DNA of 64,000 nucleotides from positions 56,792,001 to 56,856,000 of the forward strand of contig OX597819.1 in assembly GCA_951406725.2 (NCBI GenBank). Direction: 5' to 3'. Of this stretch, positions 55,427-64,000 are shown in pieces. Numbering within the stretch: position 1 is the stretch's first letter; each line of letters begins with the position of its first letter. The stretch is from Octopus vulgaris (Eukaryota). Made by a program: the position numbers and the translations under genes. The notes below the pieces were generated by a model. It was not told where the DNA came from and searched no databases. It saw only the letters and a list, made by a program, of their open reading frames with translations.

Positions 55427-56129
55427 AATAAAAGAAAAAAATATATATACACACACAAATATTACACTCCATAGAATCCATTACTAATCAGCCCCTTCAT
55501 AGCTATACTTACACCCATTCATATTCCCCCTTCTCTGTTTTTTTCTTCTTCTTCTTCTTCCTCTTCTTCTTCATCATCATCATTATCATCATCATCGTCG
55601 TCATCATCATCACCACCATCATCACCACCATCTTCTCCTTCTCCTCCTTCTTCTTCATCATCATCATTATCATCATCATCGTCGTCATAATCATCACCAC
55701 CACCACCATCATCGTCATCTTCTCCTTCTCCTTCTCCTTCTCCTTCTCCTTCTTCTTCTTCTTCTTCTACTTCTCCACCCCCTACCCCTTAACTTTGTCA
55801 CTAATGTTTTTTAGTATAACACCTACGCTAATTCTATAAACAAGCCTGTCAATATAAATATTCTCCTGAATTGAACTGAGACTGCCAGCCGCCACTGACC
55901 ATTCAAAATACGACCATCAGGGCACTCCCAGATACTCCCATCCCCCTTTCCCCACCAGCCTTCTTCCTCTACTACCCTTCCAAGAACTCACAACGACCTC
56001 CGACACACAAGTGCAAACAAGGGAGTCAGAGAAAGGCAGAATGCCACTTAAATCTGAACACTACTATAGAAATATTCTTTTAAAAAAACTTTTCTTCTAA
56101 TTTTTCTAAATTTAATTATTTAATCGTTA

Positions 56130-56166
56130 CAGTTGAAAGGTCTCAAAATGACTGAAACCGGTACTG
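56130..56166 (+). ncRNA. Second copy of the same hammerhead, one core A missing
   Basis: CAG-TTGAAA-GGTC-tcaaaat-GACT-GAA-ACCGGT-A-CTG. Confidence 0.6.
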
Positions 56167-56219
56167 AAAGATTCACTATAAAATTATTTTAGCATTTTCT
56201 ATTTTTGACTTGTTTTTTC

Positions 56220-56280
<61 letters not shown>

Positions 56281-56344
56281 GTATATATACATAGATACAT
56301 ACATACATACATACATACATACATACATACATACATACAAAAAT

Positions 56345-56950
56345 AGTGGATGTCTACTCCTTGTGTAGAGTTTGGCCGTTTTCTGTACCTACACCTTAGA
56401 ACCACCATGCATTTGATGTGGCTTTTTAAACCAGACAATGTTTTGAAAAGACATCCACATAGATTGCATATCCAATTTGGAACACCAAGAGCTGCAGTTA
56501 GGTTCTGAACTGTGTGGATCTTAAAATGTATTTTGAGGCCTCGGGTAGATTTCCATTTCTTCTGACATACACTGCATTGAAAGGTGTGCACGGAATAGTA
56601 GGTGGAGGTTCGTTTTCCATGTGTTCGCAAATGAGATTTGAACCAAACAAAAGAATGGTATGGTGTGTCACAAACTGTGCAGACGAAAAGGTCATACGTA
56701 AATCGGATAGACGAAAATTGTGTGCAATCCAGTCGTGTATATCTATTTATGCTCGTTTGTGTTTGTGTTTATGTTTGCATCCCCAACGCTTGAGAACAAG
56801 TCTGTTGGCCGTTACTTGTTAATGCACACAAAATCTAGGAAACGTGCCTTCAAATTTAGGTGAGCAGAATCAAGTCATAGGCAATTAAGGACCACACGTA
56901 TATATTCACTGCATCCTTAATGTTGCGGCTGCAATCTTCAACGTTATATT
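56345..56950 (-). pseudogene. LINE 3' end (RTE-like) with two C2H2 zinc fingers
   Basis: FQCSVCQKKWKSTRGLKIHFKIH and WICNLCGCLFKTLSGLKSHIK. Decayed upstream frame and a (TATG)n tail. Confidence 0.6.
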
Positions 56951-57486
56951 TTTTTATTCACTTTGACTTTCTATATTCAAGCATCCAGTGATTTCGTTCG
57001 GCTCTTCAGAGCATGCAGCATGTCTAGTCTGTGTAACAGTAAATAGTAGGTAGGGGGTGGGTGGATTATCTGGTTTGGATGTAGGTTTTTGTTTCTTTGT
57101 AGATGCTGGGTCGTAAAATGGGAAATTTTATTTAGGATTTTATATTGTTAAAGCACATATCCTTTCACACTCTCGTAACATTTCATACATAAAACACATC
57201 CGAATACATTACGCGTTAACTCGCTTGAAGAGTTTGTTTTAGGACAATTTAAAGATCTTCAGAGGCATAAATCTACATAAATTCTTCTATAGGTGTGTAC
57301 CTCTACATACGTACATACATACATACATACATACATACATACATACATAATATATACATACATACATACATACATTAATACACACATACATAGATACATA
57401 CATACATACATACATACATACATTAATACACACATACATAGATACATACATACGTACATACATACATATATACATACATACATACA

Positions 57487-57518
<32 letters not shown>

Positions 57519-57675
57519 GAAACAAACACAACACACACTCACACTCACATACATGCGCGCACACACGAATACATGCATGATGCATATGTTTGCCTATACC
57601 CGTTCGCATGTTTGTATGCAAGTCTGCGCAAGGTTTCGTGCCTATTGGGTTGTATTTTTGTGTATAGTTATATGT

Positions 57676-57698
57676 TCCTTTTCAGATCGCGTTTTATG

Positions 57699-57764
<66 letters not shown>

Positions 57765-57998
57765 TATATATAAATATGTATATTCATTCTTGCACAAAAA
57801 ATTGCATATTTATATGAAGTTAGGAACGCATGGAAGTCTGCGGAAAGATTCGTGGATGTGTGGTTGCATCTGTTTGTGTTTCGACATATTTCCCTTTTCA
57901 GATCGCATTTGATTCCTATGAAACCAACTATCAATATATTTAAGTATATACCCTCCTGCACAAAACATACATATTTATATGAATTCAGGAACGCATGC
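57676..57998. repeat. Two-copy ~215-bp diverged tandem repeat
   Basis: ccttttcagatcgc...tgcacaaaa..catatttatatgaa.t.aggaacgcatg occurs twice. Confidence 0.75.
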
Positions 57999-58101
57999 AT
58001 ATGTAAAATATACAATTATATGCAAAATACATAATCATACTAGCGTGCCCATATATGTGCATCTGTGTATGTTTATCGACTCACATGTATATACAAAGAA
58101 C

Positions 58102-58170
<69 letters not shown>

Positions 58171-59039
58171 ATATATATATGTGTATATATATATATATAT
58201 GTATATTACAAACATGCACATATCTATATGTGTGTATATGTATATATGTACACGCACGAACAGGCATACGGACGCACATTTATACGCATGTCTGGGGGAA
58301 TGTGATAGTGCGTCAGTGCGTGCGTGCGCATGTGTCCGTGAGCATGCTCTTGTCTGCATGTGGATGCTTATAATGAAACGTTAGTCAAATGGGGTTTTGT
58401 GCCTGCAATAAACATTTTACGAGGCATCGAGGAACACACTTAACGTCAAGTCCTCTATTCATTTATGGCGCAACTGGTAGGCCAAAATAAAACCACAAAA
58501 TGTTATTGAAATATAAATATAAAAATAAACTGCATACATTAAGAAAAATGGGCAACAAGAATGGTGTGAAAACTAGATACCGAAAAAGTGATTGTTTAAT
58601 CTCTAAACAAATCATAAATTCTATTCAACTTATTTAGATGTAGCCTAGATCGAAGCGTATAAGTTACATTAAATAAATAACTGAAATAGTTACCCATAAA
58701 TGCTGAAGAGTGGGGGGCGATGTGTAACTTTCGAAAGCAGTCTACCGGCATTTAATTATGAATCTCTGTTTTAACGACTTGTTACACTTGTAAATCCATC
58801 CAGGTCGAAGTTTCTTTTACGTTCGTTGAAAGTCTAGAAGATAAACAGGCAGCATAGACTAGAAAATAATCAAGCGGACAGATAAATACATAAATATAAA
58901 GTGGCGATTGATAAAGAGATTGGTATTGATGTATATAGATAGGTGTTATGATAGCAACATATAAAATATTGATGCCAGTGCATTTACGTCCACATAAAAA
59001 TAAATATGCCTTCGTGAGTATGTACGCTTAAATAAATAA

Positions 59040-59090
<51 letters not shown>

Positions 59091-59626
59091 ACCATGTGTG
59101 TGTGTGTTTGCGTGTGTGTATATACGTTTTGTATCTGTGTATGGTTGCTAGTATTTATAAGTATATTTGAGGTAGAGCTCTTCATTTCACTTACGCGTGT
59201 CTGGCTAAATTTATTACTTGAAAGGTTTTAAACAAAATTAATATCAAGTTTACGTGTTTACTAATAACTAGTTGCGTTAGTGAAGAAAGAGTATTTATTA
59301 AAGTTACTAAGCTTAATAAAGTTAAGGAGGTATGTTGTGATCTTTCGCCATAACTACGAAATATCATTGAACTATGGAATTTTAATTATGTTGCGTTTCA
59401 CTCTCCATACACGTATAAAATGTTTAATGTCACGTACCATTCTTTAGTTGCTAAATATTTGTCTAACATACTAACACAAACTCGAAATACACTGACAGAT
59501 AGACAATGTATATACAGCGCATGTGTATATATACATACAAATACATACCTAAATGCACAAACACACAACAAGCGATTCTCTTTTCCTCTCTCTATCGCCT
59601 CTGTTTCTCTCTCATCCTCTCATTCT

Positions 59627-59715
<89 letters not shown>

Positions 59716-59717
<2 letters not shown>

Positions 59718-60028
59718 TGTTGTGTCTGGGGAGAGTCACTTTCGTCTTGTGCCTTATAATTTAACACACTCGCCGGTAGAATTTCCACTTATTTCTTATT
59801 TTTATTTACTTAAAATTTTCAATAGTCAAGACTATTGAAAAGGTTGCAAGACACAACGAAAATTTTAGGAAAATAGAAATAAGAAATAAGTGGAAATTTT
59901 ACCGGTGAGTGTGTTAAATTATAAGGCACAAAAAGAAATTGACTCTCCCCAGACACAGCACACGAACTTTACATAAAGTGAGTTCAACACACGAACTCAC
60001 ATAAAGAAACTTGGAAACCAAATCCCAA

Positions 60029-60031
<3 letters not shown>
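59716..60031 (+). mobile_element. Fold-back PLE-type unit in (TA)n with U3-A8 hammerhead motif (59832-59868)
   Basis: Palindrome 59716-59962 centred at 59828. CTA-TTGAAAA-g-GTTG-caagaca-CAAC-GAA-AATT-T-TAG. Confidence 0.7.
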
Positions 60032-60093
<62 letters not shown>

Positions 60094-60094
60094 C

Positions 60095-60132
<38 letters not shown>

Positions 60133-60142
<10 letters not shown>

Positions 60143-60588
60143 TATATTAAATTAGAGACAAAACCACTATTAGGCAAATCAAACAATGAAAAACTTAAGC
60201 CAATACATATGATTAATTTATATTATTTCAATTATATAACAAAATTATAAAAAAATATAATTAATATCACACTACGATCGTTTAAACCTCGCCAAGAAAA
60301 ATATTTAAACCACCTGATGAATGACTGCGACTCAAAAATTTGATGATGTTAGCAGGCATGAAACGATCGTAGTGTGATATTAATTATATTTTTTTAATAA
60401 TTTTGTTATATATTTAAATAATATAAATTAATCATATGTATTGGCTTAAGTTTTTCATTGTTTGATTTGCCTAATAGTGGTTTTGTCTCTAATTTAATAT
60501 AATATAATATTTTACTATAAAATTGGATTCAATCCTGAATCTGATTTTTCCCTGTAAGTTTGGATTTATTCCCTAATATTTATTATAT

Positions 60589-60590
<2 letters not shown>
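60133..60590 (+). mobile_element. Fold-back PLE-type unit in (TA)n
   Basis: 60133-60283 is the inverted copy of 60361-60510. The spacer holds the hammerhead core. Confidence 0.8.
60311..60374 (+). ncRNA. Hammerhead ribozyme with canonical core
   Basis: CAC-CTGATGA-ATGaCTGC...GCAGgCAT-GAA-ACGATCGT-A-GTG. Confidence 0.8.
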
Positions 60591-60668
<78 letters not shown>

Positions 60669-61256
60669 GTAAACACACACCCACATGCACACGTATACAC
60701 ACAAATATTATATGCGTATATAGAGTAAAATACCAGCTCCTCCTCCTTGAAGCGCATCTGTTTATTCCATTATTACAGTCCAGTATGTAGTTGTTGTCGT
60801 TTTTGTACATATCTAAAGTTTGTACACATCAAATTTGAAAATTCTGCAAATATTATTTTCAGTGTTATTGTATAAAAAAAACAGGAAGTTAGAAAAAAAA
60901 GAAAATCCATTGGTTTATTTATATCTCATTACATATGTTTCGAGACTGAAACCTGAAACGCCAGAGTTTCAATGTGAACTTTCGAATCCCATGGACATCA
61001 CTGTGCACATGTGTTAAATAAATTTTGACGATATAAATACCAGTGGTGTATGATGGTTTTCGTATTGTGTTTGCTACCACACACAATACCACTAAATTTC
61101 AAACAGGGGTATAACAAAATATTTTCATTAAGATTTGTGATTAAATTAATGAATAAGGTTGATATAATGAATTTTCGAATTTCGCTGAGTCTGCAGTGCA
61201 CACCTAGTACACCTGGAGTATATGCTCTTGATAAATACCATTATTAGGAGATGCTG

Positions 61257-61472
61257 GGGCGGCGAGGTGGCAGAATCGTTAACACGCCGGAGAAAAGAGA
61301 TTGTGGTATTTCGTCTGTCTTCACGTTCATATTCCGCCGTGGTCGGCTTTGTCTTTAATCCTTTCAGGGTCAATTAAATTAATTAAGTATCAGCTACGCA
61401 TTGGGGTCGATGTAATCGACTTAATCGCTTCCCGCAAATTTGAAGCCTTGTACTTCCAATAGAAAAGATTAT
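61257..61472 (+). mobile_element. SINE family B, diverged
   Basis: ggcggcgaggtggcagaatcgttaacacgccgg...ggggtcgatgtaatcgactt. Confidence 0.8.
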
Positions 61473-62538
61473 TAGATGTTCAACACATATTTCCTTGGTA
61501 CATATTCGTTCTCTAGGGATGGTATTCGCTGTAAATACAATTTTATTCATCGAAACAATAATCCAGCAGATTTAAATAATAATTACAGCTGTATGAAAAA
61601 CGCACACGTTACGATGAAAGAATTACCTCCGGATTAACCATTTAGAAGTTCAGTGAAAAGAAAGGGATACAGTGGAAAATTAAGTATTGGTCTCATAGAC
61701 AGTTTCCTAAGCTCCAGTATCCACTCTTTTGTTATGTAAATTTCTTCGTATGTAGACTTCCGGTTGGTGTATATATCGCTTGGCAAAAAATGAAAATTAT
61801 TTACATAGGGAAACAAACATTGAGGGCAATTTACAAATCCTATATCCGTATTTAAAGATTTAAATAGACTTAAATAAAGCTGTTATTATAAACTCCAAAT
61901 TAATTGTAAAACCTAATATTTCGTATAACCAGAGAGGATAGACTAAATTTACAAACCATGGTAGGAGTCGATCAGAAGGACGAGTGAAATGCTGAAAATA
62001 GTTAGGAATACTGAATTCAAATACACGGATGAACACGAACGCAGATACATACTCTCTCACATACACAAACACACACGCACATACATATAGATACACGTAT
62101 TGTGGGTCGGTGAGATTATGCACGATTGTATACACTCAGGAATAGAACAGCAATTATTTGATGTCTAAAATCTGATATGAAATTCTTGAATCGCATTTGA
62201 AACAGGGCTCTGATTTTATTGGAGAAAATAAAAACACACAGACACAAAGGGAAAATTGATTTATATATATATAAATTATATATCTGTTACCATAGATAAA
62301 AACATCCATATACTCAGTGTGTATGCATGACGTCTATGTATCGACTTGCACGCACACACATACACACACATACGCGCATACCTAAATATATATATATATA
62401 TATATATAAGATATATGTGCAACACACACTCACACATACACATGCATACAGACACACAGACAAACACAGTCACAAAGATACACACACATACATATATATA
62501 TATATATACATATATATGTGTGTGTTGCATATACGCTC

Positions 62539-62607
<69 letters not shown>

Positions 62608-63472
62608 TACATATATACATATATACATATCCCACAACGGCAATGATACTTATTTCGCAACTATGTAAAACAGTGTATAACATTCTCTCAAGAATCTCTG
62701 TATCATTTATATTTGTAGGTAATCGCTTAATAGGGCATTAATATTTATGATTTCCTACTGACAGGAGGTTTGGAGTAACATTTCAAAATTTCTGACAATT
62801 TATTCCGCATTTCAGCTATCTTCTCTTAAATATTCATGCTCTACTCTAAGGAAGCGTAGAAAAGAATTAGTGACGTAAAGAGAAAATGTCCCTAAACTCA
62901 TCCTTGCGATTATAATACCCATATTCATCAATGTTAATGTTACTATTTGTAGAATTGAAGTAGTGAAGATTGTGAGTTCGTACACTGGATCGGGTTTAGT
63001 ATTGATGTCTTCAACAAGGCACTTTATTTCACTTTCTTCCAGTTTAATCAACAGGAAATATATACCAGTAGATCGATGGTGCAGCTTTTTCTCCCTCCAA
63101 CTCATGTACACCGAAAGAGATAAAAAATAGTGATACCTTAATATTGTCACCAAGTCACACTCACTTGAGAGTGACATGCATGCAATATGGTGATGGATAG
63201 TTTGTTTTACTTCTAGGTTCAGAATTGAATTCAAATCTTGTTTGGTTTTACTTATACTTTTTATAGCTCGAGGTCTTTAGAAAGCGATCTATCGATGCAC
63301 AAGGAGACTTTTCTGCTTTTGAACGAATATTATTTGTAGTTTAACGGCATAAATATACTGTTAAATACTTAGATTAAGCGATTGATCCTATCATATAACT
63401 TTGTTGATATAAGCTTTACTGTTTTGCCATACCCTGTTTTGTTTGTGATCAATTATATACTGTCTCTGGAAT

Positions 63473-63745
63473 ATGGAAACTGAAAGAAGCCCGTCGTATA
63501 CATGTATATATATATATTTATGTGTGTGTATATGTTTGTGTGTCTGTGTTTGTCCCCCCAACATCGCTTGACAACTGCTGCTGGTGTCTTTATGTCCCCG
63601 TAACTTAGCGGTTCGGCGAAAGAATCTGATAGAATAAGTACTAGACTTACAAACAATAAGTCCTGGGGTTGATTTGCTCGACTAAATGCGGTGCTCCAGC
63701 ACTGCCGCAGTCAAACAAATAAAAAGAATAAAACAAATAAAAGAA
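63473..63745 (+). mobile_element. SINE family A, 5'-truncated
   Basis: ggaaactgaaagaagcccgtcgta...gcggtgctccagca, (AAAAGAATA)n tail. Confidence 0.9.
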
Positions 63746-64000
63746 TAAACTAAAGAAAAATAGATAATATTCGTCGCGTTCTTTATACTTGGTATTCAGA
63801 CTGTGCCAAGAACAATTTCGACTTTTATCCCTAGAAACCTAATGAAATTAAGTATTAGGTAAGTGCCGCGATCGATTAGGTAAGTGCGGCCTTTAAAATT
63901 TCTGACGACATTTCGAAGCAATAACTAGAACAGATATTGGAAATTTGTAACTTGTGGCAAACCTTATCACTGAGTTCACGTTTATTCTAAATCGGACTGG

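Larger units (their letters stand above)
53535..56221 (+). mobile_element. Penelope-like retroelement, 5'-truncated, with inverted 5' pseudo-LTR
   Basis: 53571-54114 is the reverse complement of 55679-56221. RT-GIY-YIG ORF lies between them. Inserted in (TA)n. Confidence 0.95.

Noticed and set aside
61628-61780. Candidate minus-strand exon
   Set aside because: All three frames hit a stop before the putative donor site.
62812-63234. 140-aa minus-strand ORF
   Set aside because: It overlaps a decayed SINE core on the + strand (~62965-63060) and shows no protein motifs.

Overview
AT-rich, microsatellite-saturated eukaryotic DNA, almost all intergenic or intronic. The SINE families and repeat landscape suggest an octopus (coleoid cephalopod) genome, which is an inference. 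No complete host gene is supportable, and most listed ORFs are (CA)n, (TA)n or (TATG)n artefacts. Recognisable content: one young 5'-truncated Penelope-like element (PLE) with an uninterrupted RT + GIY-YIG frame (54143-55426) between ~545-bp inverted pseudo-LTRs; an older internally inverted PLE; several short non-coding PLE-type units in (TA)n tracts; a full-length decayed Tc1 element with IR/DR ends; five mariner relics or MITEs; two non-autonomous Helitrons; R4/Dong-type and RTE-type LINE 3' ends; a hAT fragment; and many tRNA-derived SINEs. Two signals stand out. (1) Eight minimal hammerhead-ribozyme motifs from about seven unrelated repeat families, most with a palindromic stem III. Two families carry a compensatory U3-A8 core (UUGAAAA), and several sit at fold-back points. 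(2) An insertion-riddled mitochondrial-like segment (cox2, trnD, atp8 ... cob motifs, all on one strand) next to a SINE-associated fold-back duplication. All alignments were made by eye and coordinates of decayed elements are approximate.
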